Source: Fidelibacterota bacterium
GTDB lineage: Bacteria > Fidelibacterota > Marinisomatia > SCGC-AAA003-L08 > D37C17
Assembly (NCBI GenBank): GCA_002707645.1
Contig: PANN01000009.1
Location: 1,239 to 65,238 of the forward strand
Direction: 5' to 3'
Length of the DNA: 64,000 nt
The position numbers and the translations under genes are program-made. Below, piece after piece: positions 1 to 9,166 of this stretch. A model generated the notes under the pieces. The model did not search any database. It was not told where the DNA came from and saw only the letters and a program-made list of their open reading frames with translations. How positions within the stretch are numbered: position 1 is the first letter of the stretch; every line of letters begins with the position of its first letter.

Positions 1-360
1 ATGATCCTGATAATGATATTGATGATGACGGAGTTTGTGGTGATTTAGATTTATGTCCAGGATTTAATGATAATTTAGATTCCGATTCAGATGATATTGC
101 AAATGGATGCGATATTTGCCCTTTTGATTTTGATAATGATATTGATTCTGATGGGTTGTGTGAAAATTTTGATACTTGTCCAAATGATCCTGACAATGAT
201 ATTGATGAGGATGGTATATGCGGAGATTTAGATGAATGCCCAAATGATCCTAATAATGATATTGATGGAGATGATATATGTGGTGATTTAGATGAATGCC
301 CAAATGATCCTGATAATGATTTAGATGATGATGGTATTTGTGATAATGAGGATGATTGCG
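1..360 (+). repeat. 60-bp (20-aa) in-frame tandem repeat array, about 6 copies, encoding TSP3-like Ca-binding loops
   Basis: Units 181-240, 241-300 and 301-360 are near identical (caaatgatcctgayaatgat...gatgaatgcc). Bases 1-56 align to 185-240, and 61-180 are degenerate copies. Confidence 0.85.
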
Positions 361-1409
361 TAGGTGATTATGATGAATGTGATATATGTAATGGTCCTGG
401 AATATTAGAGGGTGAATGTGATTGTGATGGCAACGTCTTAGATGATTGCGATATGTGTGGAGGAAATGATTACTTTGATGAATTAGGATTGCTAGATGAT
501 GGAAGTTGTGATTGTACTGGTAATATTTTTGACTGCAATGGCTATTGTGGAGGAGCTGCACTGGAAGATGTTTGTGGAATATGTGATGATATTATTGAAA
601 ATGATAATGAATGTTTTGCTCCATCTATACAAGATATTTTAGATATTCCAAATGATCAGGGTGGGCGTGTATATTTGAATTTTGAGAAGTCTTACTTTGA
701 TCAAGATGGCATTTCAAGAATAGAGAGTTATCAAGTTGAGAGAATGGATGATGATTGGGTAGGTGTTGGTGTTTATAATGCTTATGCAAGTGATTTTTAT
801 ACGATTGAAGTAACAACTTTAGTTGACTCTACTGCTACAGTTGACGGTTTAACTGAATTCAGGGTTATTGCCAATATGGAAGAAGGAAATTATATTAGTG
901 CGACCTCGTTTGGATATTCAGTAGATAATATAGCTCCATCAACACCAAATAATTTTTCTAGTTCATACGAAGATCAAAATATTATTTTGAATTGGGATCA
1001 TATTAATGACGATGATTTTAGATATTATACTTTAGTAGAAAATGGAAATTTGATTATTGAAACAATAGATAATAGTTATGTTTATAATCCCGCTACTGAA
1101 GAAATTGAACTCAACTATGTTCTAATGGCAACTGATGTCAATGGCAATGTTAGCATTCCAATAGAAACAAATGTTCTTCAAACTGACTATTCAATAGCAG
1201 ATGTCAATCAAGATTATAATTATAATATTTTAGATATTGTTTTATTGATTGATTTTATTTTGTCTGATGGAGATTTAAGTTTTTACCCTGAAGGTATCCC
1301 CTCTAATACATATCTATCATGGTCAGGTGATTTAAATAATGATAATATGGTAAATATTATTGATATTGTTTTAATTGTAGATATAATTATGGATATTAGA
1401 TTTAATTAA
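1..1409 (+). CDS. Secreted modular Ca-binding protein, 5' end cut by window: thrombospondin type-3-like repeats, Cys-rich modules, FN3-like region, C-terminal dockerin-like pair
   Basis: The frame is open from base 3, and the track ORF 156..1409 only starts at an internal TTG. It has repeated DxDxDGxCxxxDxCPNDP units and CGxC/CDCDG Cys-rich modules. An APSTPNNF...LNWD segment is FN3-like. The C-terminus carries two segments, DVNQDYNYNILDIVLLIDFIL and GDLNNDNMVNIIDIVLIVDIIM. Confidence 0.75.
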   Translation, partial: DPDNDIDDDGVCGDLDLCPGFNDNLDSDSDDIANGCDICPFDFDNDIDSDGLCENFDTCPNDPDNDIDEDGICGDLDECPNDPNNDIDGDDICGDLDECPNDPDNDLDDDGICDNEDDCVGDYDECDICNGPGILEGECDCDGNVLDDCDMCGGNDYFDELGLLDDGSCDCTGNIFDCNGYCGGAALEDVCGICDDIIENDNECFAPSIQDILDIPNDQGGRVYLNFEKSYFDQDGISRIESYQVERMDDDWVGVGVYNAYASDFYTIEVTTLVDSTATVDGLTEFRVIANMEEGNYISATSFGYSVDNIAPSTPNNFSSSYEDQNIILNWDHINDDDFRYYTLVENGNLIIETIDNSYVYNPATEEIELNYVLMATDVNGNVSIPIETNVLQTDYSIADVNQDYNYNILDIVLLIDFILSDGDLSFYPEGIPSNTYLSWSGDLNNDNMVNIIDIVLIVDIIMDIRFN

Positions 1410-3157
1410 TGATTAAGTATTTTATATTATTTTTCTGTTTATTTGTCTTGTCTTGTGATACCGCAGTAATACAACCAGAAGATAGTGATTGTAATGGAGA
1501 TGTTGGCGGCAATGCTGTGTTAGATGAATGTGGCGTATGCAATGGAGATAATTCTTCATGCTTAGAAGAAGAGATGGGTTGTACTGATCAGTATGCAATT
1601 AATTATGATAGTTTAGCTACTAATGATGATGGTTCATGTGAGTTTGAACCAACTATTGTTGAAAATGAAGCATTGGATAATTATGATTCATCCATTGATA
1701 TTGATTTGCCTATTCTTGAATTATCTGAAATTGATATAGATATAAATATTCCTTCAGGAACTTTAGATATTCCAGAAGGGACCGATATAACATTAGAGGT
1801 TTCAGAAGCATCTGAACAGGAACTTGAGAATATTATCGAAAATTCATCATCAGTAGATATTGATGTTTATCAGGGTGTGACTTTTGAAGCAACAGATGCA
1901 GATGGGAATCAAATTGAGTTAACAGAAGGTTCGGTATTAGATGTGCAATTAACATTTGCTCCATTAAGAGCGAATTATGATATAGGTTATATAGTTTCTG
2001 GTGGTGAAGTTGTTGCATTGGGAGCTTCTTGCTTGGATAACGGTGATGAATCTTATACTTGTGTTGGTGATGGCCCGGGCTTTGGTTCCTATTTTGTTTA
2101 CTCATATAGTGATACAGATACACTCCTGGGATGTACAGATCCTAATGCTTGTAATTATAATTCTTTAGCTAATTTAAATGATGGCACATGCTTAGAGTTT
2201 GATTGTGCTGGTGAATGTGGTGGTAGTACTGATATAGATGAGTGTGGTATTTGTGATGGTGATAATTCATCGTGTGCAGATTGTACGGGTGTACCAAATG
2301 GCACAGCTGTAGAAGATGAGTGCGGTGTATGTGCTGGTGCTGGTATTGCTGATGGTGCTTGTGATTGTGACGGTAATGTTGCAGATTGTGCTGGTGAATG
2401 TGGTGGAGATGCCATAGTTGATGAATGTAACAATTGTAATGGATTAGGTTGTCAGGACCAAACGGGTAATTCCATTGAATGTGGTACTGTTACTGGAGAA
2501 TATTGTAATTGTTCAGGCGATGTATTCGATTGTCTTGGGGAATGTGGAGGTTCCGCGTTGGATGATGATTGTGGTGTATGTAATGGTGCCAATGCTGCGC
2601 AAGATTGTGCAGGAGTTTGTAATGGCACAGCTGTAGAAGATGAGTGCGGTATATGCGATGGTTTCAACACTGATTTTGATGATTGTGGTATTTGTTTTGG
2701 AGATAATTCATCATGTGCAGACTGTACGGGGGTGCCAAATGGTACTGCCGTAATAGATGAGTGTGGTGTTTGTGATGGTCCTGGCTATATTGATAGTTGT
2801 AACAGTATATGTGAAGAATGTGATTTATTGCAAAATACAATATATTTAACTAATGATGGAGCTCTATTCTATAATATTGATAATGTAATAACAGGAGTTC
2901 AGTTTGATGTGTATGGATTAAATATTTCTAATATTAATTTAGTTGATGAAGATTTAGAATTTGAAATTGAATATGAAAATGGATCTTTATTTTCTAGGAT
3001 TCTGATTTATTCTACTACTGGTAGTATTATTGAGCCAGGGTGTGGAACATTAATATTAATTTCTTACGAAGGTATTATTGAGGATGTTTCGAATATTATT
3101 ATTGCTACATCATTTGCAAATGAAATAAATGTTGACTACCTAGATTGTTCTGATTGA
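1409..3157 (+). CDS. Lipoprotein with arrays of short Cys-rich modules and a possible cohesin-like C-terminal domain
   Basis: Signal peptide plus lipobox (FVLSC). There are at least 8 modules of type C[AT]GxCGG/NGTAVxDECG[VI]CxG and 2 of type GCTDxxAxNYxxxAxxDDG[ST]C. The C-terminal ~110 aa contain ITGVQFDVYG...GCGTLILISYEG. The start overlaps the upstream stop (TAATG). Confidence 0.7.
   Translation: MIKYFILFFCLFVLSCDTAVIQPEDSDCNGDVGGNAVLDECGVCNGDNSSCLEEEMGCTDQYAINYDSLATNDDGSCEFEPTIVENEALDNYDSSIDIDLPILELSEIDIDINIPSGTLDIPEGTDITLEVSEASEQELENIIENSSSVDIDVYQGVTFEATDADGNQIELTEGSVLDVQLTFAPLRANYDIGYIVSGGEVVALGASCLDNGDESYTCVGDGPGFGSYFVYSYSDTDTLLGCTDPNACNYNSLANLNDGTCLEFDCAGECGGSTDIDECGICDGDNSSCADCTGVPNGTAVEDECGVCAGAGIADGACDCDGNVADCAGECGGDAIVDECNNCNGLGCQDQTGNSIECGTVTGEYCNCSGDVFDCLGECGGSALDDDCGVCNGANAAQDCAGVCNGTAVEDECGICDGFNTDFDDCGICFGDNSSCADCTGVPNGTAVIDECGVCDGPGYIDSCNSICEECDLLQNTIYLTNDGALFYNIDNVITGVQFDVYGLNISNINLVDEDLEFEIEYENGSLFSRILIYSTTGSIIEPGCGTLILISYEGIIEDVSNIIIATSFANEINVDYLDCSD
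2258..2780 (+). repeat. Intragenic direct repeats within the Cys-rich module array
   Basis: An exact 30-mer, aatggcacagctgtagaagatgagtgcggt, occurs at 2297-2326 and 2621-2650. Copies of ~82 nt starting at 2258 and 2699 (ggWgataattcatcRtgtgcagaYtgtacggg...) are highly similar. Confidence 0.85.
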
Positions 3158-3169
3158 TGAAAATAATTA

Positions 3170-3940
3170 TTAATTTGTTAAACTTTCTCCCCCATCAACT
3201 TTAATTGTATTCCCAGTAATCCAACTGCTATTATGTAAACATAGCATAACTACAGCATTTGCAATATCTTGTGGCAATGTTAGTCGTTTATGTGGATTAA
3301 CTTTCAATGCACTATCAACCATGGATTGAAAACCAGGAATCTTTTCTAGGGCAGCTGTTAATGTTACACCCGCTTCAATTGAATTGCAGGCTATCTTAAA
3401 TGGTGCTAGCTCAAGTGCTAATTGCCTGGTTGCTGATTCTAAAGATGATTTTGCTAAAGATACAGCGCCATAATTTTCCCATTGTTTATTTCCACCTGCA
3501 CTTGTCATAGAAATAATTTGAGAATTTTCACTAAGCAGTTTATTATTAAATAAATCTTGAGTCCAATAAATTAATGAGTGTGACATAACATCAGTAGTCA
3601 TTTCAATTTGTTTCTGCTTTAATTGATTGTTTTTTTCAATATCAATCATTGGTTTTAATGTTCCAAATGCTAATGAATGAATAAAAGTTTTAACATTAAT
3701 CTTATCAATAGATTTAAGCTCATTCAAAGCATCTAGTCTGTTAGATTCATTAGCAGCATTCATTTTTTTAAAAATAACTTTTACACCATATGATTTGATT
3801 TCATCTTCTAATTCTTCTATGTATTGTTTAGGTTTTCTTAAATAAATCCCAAAAATATTAATTTTATTTTTTGCTAATTCTATAGCGCATTCTCTTCCAA
3901 TACCACTAGATGCGCCCAAAATTACTGCCCAATTATTCAT
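3170..3940 (-). CDS. Short-chain dehydrogenase/reductase, possibly FabL-like enoyl-ACP reductase
   Basis: N-terminal GASSGIGRE dinucleotide-binding motif. The catalytic YGAVSLAK motif has Y-x6-K spacing, typical of enoyl-ACP reductases. AAGGAA RBS upstream. Confidence 0.6.
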   Translation of the reverse strand: MNNWAVILGASSGIGRECAIELAKNKINIFGIYLRKPKQYIEELEDEIKSYGVKVIFKKMNAANESNRLDALNELKSIDKINVKTFIHSLAFGTLKPMIDIEKNNQLKQKQIEMTTDVMSHSLIYWTQDLFNNKLLSENSQIISMTSAGGNKQWENYGAVSLAKSSLESATRQLALELAPFKIACNSIEAGVTLTAALEKIPGFQSMVDSALKVNPHKRLTLPQDIANAVVMLCLHNSSWITGNTIKVDGGESLTN

Positions 3941-4031
3941 TTTATATTCCTTTAAAATTATATTATTAAATTAAACATTATATACTAACTATGAAATAGT
4001 AGACTGTTTTAAATTATAACAAAAGAAATTT

Positions 4032-5123
4032 ATGAAAGTTGGCATCATAGGATTACCCAATGTTGGAAAATCAACAATTTTTAATGCATTAACTAATGCT
4101 AAAATTCCTGCTAATAATTATCCTTTTTGTACCATTGATCCTAATGTAGGATCTGTTTTGGTAAAGGACAAACGTTTAAATATAATTAATAAGTACATTC
4201 AATCAGATAAGATCATTCCAACCTCTATTGAATTTGTTGATATTGCAGGACTTGTAAAGGGAGCAAGTCAAGGAGAAGGATTGGGGAACCAATTTTTATC
4301 TCACATTCGAAATGTTGATATTGTTGTACATGTTGTTAGGTGTTTTGATAATGATGATATTACACACGTAGAAGGTAATATTAATCCCATCAGAGATATT
4401 GGAATTATTGAAACAGAATTAATTATTAAAGATTTAGATTCCCTTGAAAAGCAAATTAATAAAAAACAAAAAATTGTAAAATCTGGAGATAAGCAAGCAC
4501 AGTTTGAATTAGAAGTTTTAAATAAAGTTTATGCAGGTTTAAATGATGGTCAGTTAGTTAAAAATCTAGATTTAAATGAACCAGAAGATGAGTTTATTTC
4601 AACTCTCTTTTTATTAACAAAAAAACCCGTTATTTACTTATCTAATGTTGATGAAAATAATATTGCCTTATCAGGAGATAATTATTCTAATACGGTTAAT
4701 AAATTTTCAAAAGAAAATAAATCTGAATCGTTAAGATTATGTGGAAACATAGAGATGGAAATATCAAATTTAAATATAGATGAAAAAGCCGATTTCTTAT
4801 CAATATATAATTTAGAGTCTTCAGGTTTAGATCAGTTGATTTTATCTTGTTATTCCTTGCTAGGTTTAGAAACATTTTTTACAGCTGGTGTCCAAGAAAT
4901 AAAAGCATGGACTATTAAAAAAGGGTCCACAGCACCTGAGGCTGCTGGCGCAATACATACTGACTTTCAAAGAGGTTTTATCAAAGCAGAAATTTATACT
5001 GTTTTAGATTTAGAATCGTTTGAATCAGAGCAAAATATTAAAAGTGCAGGTAAAATTCGTCAAGAAGGTAAAGAGTATATTGTACAAGATGGAGATATAA
5101 TATTCTTTAAATTTAATGTTTAG
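4032..5123 (+). CDS. ychF: Ribosome-binding ATPase YchF
   Basis: MKVGIIGLPNVGKSTIFNALT P-loop, typical ~363 aa length, and a C-terminal TGS-like HTDFQRGFIKAE motif. Confidence 0.95.
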   Translation: MKVGIIGLPNVGKSTIFNALTNAKIPANNYPFCTIDPNVGSVLVKDKRLNIINKYIQSDKIIPTSIEFVDIAGLVKGASQGEGLGNQFLSHIRNVDIVVHVVRCFDNDDITHVEGNINPIRDIGIIETELIIKDLDSLEKQINKKQKIVKSGDKQAQFELEVLNKVYAGLNDGQLVKNLDLNEPEDEFISTLFLLTKKPVIYLSNVDENNIALSGDNYSNTVNKFSKENKSESLRLCGNIEMEISNLNIDEKADFLSIYNLESSGLDQLILSCYSLLGLETFFTAGVQEIKAWTIKKGSTAPEAAGAIHTDFQRGFIKAEIYTVLDLESFESEQNIKSAGKIRQEGKEYIVQDGDIIFFKFNV

Positions 5124-5850
5124 TAATAAACTTTAAAATTTCATTAAATATTTTTTGTTGGTCTTTATTTTCATCGAATAAATTATGATGTGCATCATCA
5201 ACAAAAAATTTCTTTTTAATTTTTGATTGTGTTTGACCATAAACTAAGTCTACATTTTCTTCCAAAGATAATCTATCTGATTGTGAATGAATAATCAACA
5301 GAGGACTTTTAATTTTTGACAATTTTTTTATGACCACATTAGTAAGCTTCCTCATTTCGTTTAATGCTATCAGGGGATAAGAAGTATATCCGTAATATTT
5401 TATATTTGATTTATCTTTAATTTCCTTTTTAGAAAATTTTAAAAGTTTACAGAATACTGGAATAAGAAAATGAATTGTAAAAGGATTGTTAAACTTTAGC
5501 ACTGTACCACCTACAATACATCCGTTTAATGGAAACATAGATGAAAGATATAGAGCTAAATCAGCTCCCATACTACATCCTATAACATAGGTTTTTTCTG
5601 ATACAGAAATTAAATTGGCTATATCTTGAATAACATGTTCAAGCCACATTTGATATTTAACTCTATTACATTCTTCTGCAGTAGTCCCATGACCTGGTAA
5701 ATTATTTGCTATAGTATGAAATCCATTATTTCCAAGAAATTGAGCAAGTTCCTTTACTTCATAAGTAGTATTAGAAAATCCATGAATGATATAGATACCA
5801 ACAGAGCTAGACTTATTAAATTCATAATTATTTGAATCAAATCTAATCAT
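5113..5850 (-). CDS. Alpha/beta hydrolase (esterase/lipase-like)
   Basis: GCSMGA nucleophile elbow, with downstream SDRL Asp and DAHHNLF His candidates. Confidence 0.7.
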   Translation of the reverse strand: MIRFDSNNYEFNKSSSVGIYIIHGFSNTTYEVKELAQFLGNNGFHTIANNLPGHGTTAEECNRVKYQMWLEHVIQDIANLISVSEKTYVIGCSMGADLALYLSSMFPLNGCIVGGTVLKFNNPFTIHFLIPVFCKLLKFSKKEIKDKSNIKYYGYTSYPLIALNEMRKLTNVVIKKLSKIKSPLLIIHSQSDRLSLEENVDLVYGQTQSKIKKKFFVDDAHHNLFDENKDQQKIFNEILKFITKH

Positions 5851-6221
5851 GTTCTTTTATGATAGTTAATATATGCTTTACTTTTTCTCATATTTTGGAT
5901 ATGATATAATATATAGTGAAAAAAATATTTTTTAATATCATTTAATGATTGTTGATTTAAATTGAAAAGCGTGTCTATTTTATCAATATGAGTATTAAAA
6001 AATTTATGAATTAGTTTTATTGAAAGAGAATTAATTTTTATTTTACTAGAGCAACAACGTGAGCATTCCAATTGACCAGAGGTACCATTTAAAAATCCAT
6101 TCTCTAATTTTTGATTACATCGATAACAGTTTGCAATCAGAGGTTTATAGCCAAGAAATATTAATAATTGAATATTAAAAAAAAATAAAATAATAAATAG
6201 TATTATTACTTTTTGAAGCAT
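5847..6221 (-). CDS. recO: DNA repair protein RecO, C-terminal fragment (Zn-finger part); gene interrupted by a frameshift
   Basis: LLIFLGYKPLIANCYRCNQ...LECSRCC matches the RecO helical and Cys4 zinc-finger region. It overlaps the N-terminal fragment at a 9-nt homopolymer. Confidence 0.8.
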   Translation of the reverse strand: MLQKVIILFIILFFFNIQLLIFLGYKPLIANCYRCNQKLENGFLNGTSGQLECSRCCSSKIKINSLSIKLIHKFFNTHIDKIDTLFNLNQQSLNDIKKYFFHYILYHIQNMRKSKAYINYHKRT

Positions 6222-6594
6222 TTATTTTTATGAGCGTTTTATTAGTTAATCTAAAAATTATATCGCACGGATTATCTTCTATACTTGAATAATTAATCAT
6301 ATCAAGAATTACTGAGCTCAATATTGCTTTATTATAATTAACAATAATATCATCATATTTTTGGATAATTGATGCTTCTTTATATGTCTGAATACTTCTT
6401 TTGGGCTTGTAATAATAGATTACATTTATATGGTTAAGTGGCTGCAGAATAGCACCGTTTAAATTTTTTATTTTCCTCACACCCTTGGCAATTATACTTA
6501 CTTTACCATAATCTTTGGAATAAAGGTTACATATTAGGCTTGAGTCACTAAACTTTTTATTATTTAGAACAATTGCATCTGTGGAATAAATCAC
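6175..6594 (-). CDS. recO: DNA repair protein RecO, N-terminal OB-fold fragment
   Basis: MIYSTDAIVLNNKKFSDSSLICNLYSKDYGKVSIIAKGVRK is a typical RecO N-terminus. The fragment ends inside A9 (plus) / T9 (minus) at 6177-6185. Confidence 0.8.
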   Translation of the reverse strand: MIYSTDAIVLNNKKFSDSSLICNLYSKDYGKVSIIAKGVRKIKNLNGAILQPLNHINVIYYYKPKRSIQTYKEASIIQKYDDIIVNYNKAILSSVILDMINYSSIEDNPCDIIFRLTNKTLIKINASKSNNTIYYFIFF

Positions 6595-6596
6595 TC

Positions 6597-7382
6597 TTAG
6601 TACGCTTTTGCAAAAACCACATTGTATTTAGCTGGTTTTTGAGTATAAATACATTTGAGATTGTGTTTTTGTTCAAGCGGTATGCACCTTATGGTTGCAT
6701 TTGTTTCTTTTTTAATTTTTGATTCTGTTTCGTCCTCTCCATCCCAACCACATTCTACAAAACCACCATTTGAAATCATTTTTTTAAACTCGTCATAATC
6801 ACTTGTTTGAAAGGTATTATCTTTTTTAAAGGCTAATGCTTCATTGAATAAAGACTCTTGGATATCGTCTAAGGCAGTGATCAAGAATGTGTTTGATTCA
6901 TTAATTTTAATGGTAGACTTTTCATTATTATCTCTCCTTGCAATTGTTAAAGCTTGATTATTCAAATCTCTCATACCAACTTCTATTCTTAATGGTACAC
7001 CTTTCATTTCCCACTCATTAAACTTAAAACCGGGAGAGAGCTTATCTCTTTGATCAAAATAACATGGAATATTATTTTCGTTCATATATTCTAGTATTGG
7101 GTTAACATATTGCGTAAGCTTATCTAAATCTTCATCTGATTTAAATATTGGCACAATAACAATTTGAATTGGTGCAATTTTTGGAGGCAGTCTTAAACCC
7201 TTATCATCTCCATGAACCATAATCAAGGCCCCAATTAAACGTGTACTAACACCCCAGCTAGTAGCATAAACATGCTTTTCTGTATTGTCTGTATCTTGAA
7301 ATTTTACATCAAATGCTTTCGAAAAATTTTGACCTAAATAATGAGATGTTCCAGCTTGGAGAGCTTTCTTATCACCCATCAT
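6597..7382 (-). CDS. proS: Prolyl-tRNA synthetase (archaeal/eukaryotic-like type), C-terminal part downstream of an in-frame TAA
   Basis: GDKKALQAGTSHYLGQNFSKAFDVKFQD (class II motif 3 region), the anticodon-binding domain and a C-terminal Y. It is in the same frame as 7422..8063. Confidence 0.9.
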   Translation of the reverse strand: MMGDKKALQAGTSHYLGQNFSKAFDVKFQDTDNTEKHVYATSWGVSTRLIGALIMVHGDDKGLRLPPKIAPIQIVIVPIFKSDEDLDKLTQYVNPILEYMNENNIPCYFDQRDKLSPGFKFNEWEMKGVPLRIEVGMRDLNNQALTIARRDNNEKSTIKINESNTFLITALDDIQESLFNEALAFKKDNTFQTSDYDEFKKMISNGGFVECGWDGEDETESKIKKETNATIRCIPLEQKHNLKCIYTQKPAKYNVVFAKAY

Positions 7383-7421
7383 TGCTTCAATAGAAAATGT
7401 TTCAACTGCACCAGCAAACTT

Positions 7422-8063
<642 letters not shown>

Positions 8064-9101
8064 TTATTTATCCTTTAAAATTTCTTTAAATACTTTGACG
8101 ACTGATTCTATATCACTCTTTTTAAATCCAGAGTGTGTAACAAGCCTAAATTTACTATTGCCCTTATAATCAATTTTGATATTTTCTTTTTCTAGTTTAC
8201 TAAGAAGTTTTGTATCTGATATGTTCTGATGCCTATTATAAATAAAAATAATATTTGTATGAACTTGGTTAATGTTGATTTTAATATTTTTGATATCACT
8301 TAATTGTTTTGCTAATATTGTTGCATTTTTATGGTCATCTTCTACACGATTAATCATATTATCTAAACTGAAAATTCCAGCTGAAGCAATTAAACCTGCT
8401 TGTCTCATCCCACCACCAAGAGCTTTCCGTATGTGTTTTGCTTTTAATATGAAATTTTTACTACCTAAAATAACTGAACCCACAGGAGCTGATAAGCCTT
8501 TAGATAAACAACATGAAATAGTATCACAATCTTTTGTTAATTCATCTACAGATTTATTGAGTTTTATTGCTGCATTAAATATTCTTGCACCATCTAAATG
8601 AATTAATAGATTATTCTTATTAGCAACTTCTTTTACATCACTAAAATAATCTGAATCTATTGCAGACCCATAACATGCATTATGTGTATTTTCTAAACAA
8701 ATTAACTTAGTTTGCGGAAAATGATCATTTCCAACATCACGAATACTATTTTCAATATCATTGATTTTAATGGTTCCATCATCATCATTTTTTAATTGAT
8801 GCGAGTGTATCCCGCCAAATGCAGAAATACCACCAGCTTCATAATAAAAAATATGAGATTTATCACCTAAGATTACTTCATCTCCACGACTACAGTGTGT
8901 AAGCACAGAGATCAGATTTGCCATTGTTCCTGACGGTACAAATAAAGCTGCTTCTTTATTAAATATCTTAGCAATTTTTTTTTGTAACAAGTTCACAGAA
9001 GGATCTTCTCCATATACATCATCTCCTAAAGGAGAGTTGATGATGAACTTTTTCATCTCATTTGTTGGTAGTGTAACAGTATCGCTTCTTAAATCAATCA
9101 T
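8064..9101 (-). CDS. ltaE: Low-specificity L-threonine aldolase
   Basis: MIDLRSDTVTLPT...GDDVYGEDPSVNLLQ N-terminus, and a PLP lysine context CLSKGL. Confidence 0.85.
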   Translation of the reverse strand: MIDLRSDTVTLPTNEMKKFIINSPLGDDVYGEDPSVNLLQKKIAKIFNKEAALFVPSGTMANLISVLTHCSRGDEVILGDKSHIFYYEAGGISAFGGIHSHQLKNDDDGTIKINDIENSIRDVGNDHFPQTKLICLENTHNACYGSAIDSDYFSDVKEVANKNNLLIHLDGARIFNAAIKLNKSVDELTKDCDTISCCLSKGLSAPVGSVILGSKNFILKAKHIRKALGGGMRQAGLIASAGIFSLDNMINRVEDDHKNATILAKQLSDIKNIKININQVHTNIIFIYNRHQNISDTKLLSKLEKENIKIDYKGNSKFRLVTHSGFKKSDIESVVKVFKEILKDK

Positions 9102-9166
9102 ATTTAAAATATTAATTAGCAGAATAAATTAATTAATATTAATTGATAAAACATTAAATTTATGCT

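Noticed and set aside
250-561. 103-aa His-rich ORF on the minus strand (also 625..816)
   Set aside because: It is the antisense shadow of the Asp/Cys-rich repeat gene, because GAT/GAC-rich coding reads as His/Ile-rich on the other strand. It has no RBS and no independent support.
2155-2670. Two Pro/Ser/His-rich minus-strand ORFs (2155..2433, 2452..2670), plus 1833..2123
   Set aside because: They are antisense shadows of the Gly/Cys-rich module array of ORF2. The composition is low-complexity and the plus-strand gene explains the region.
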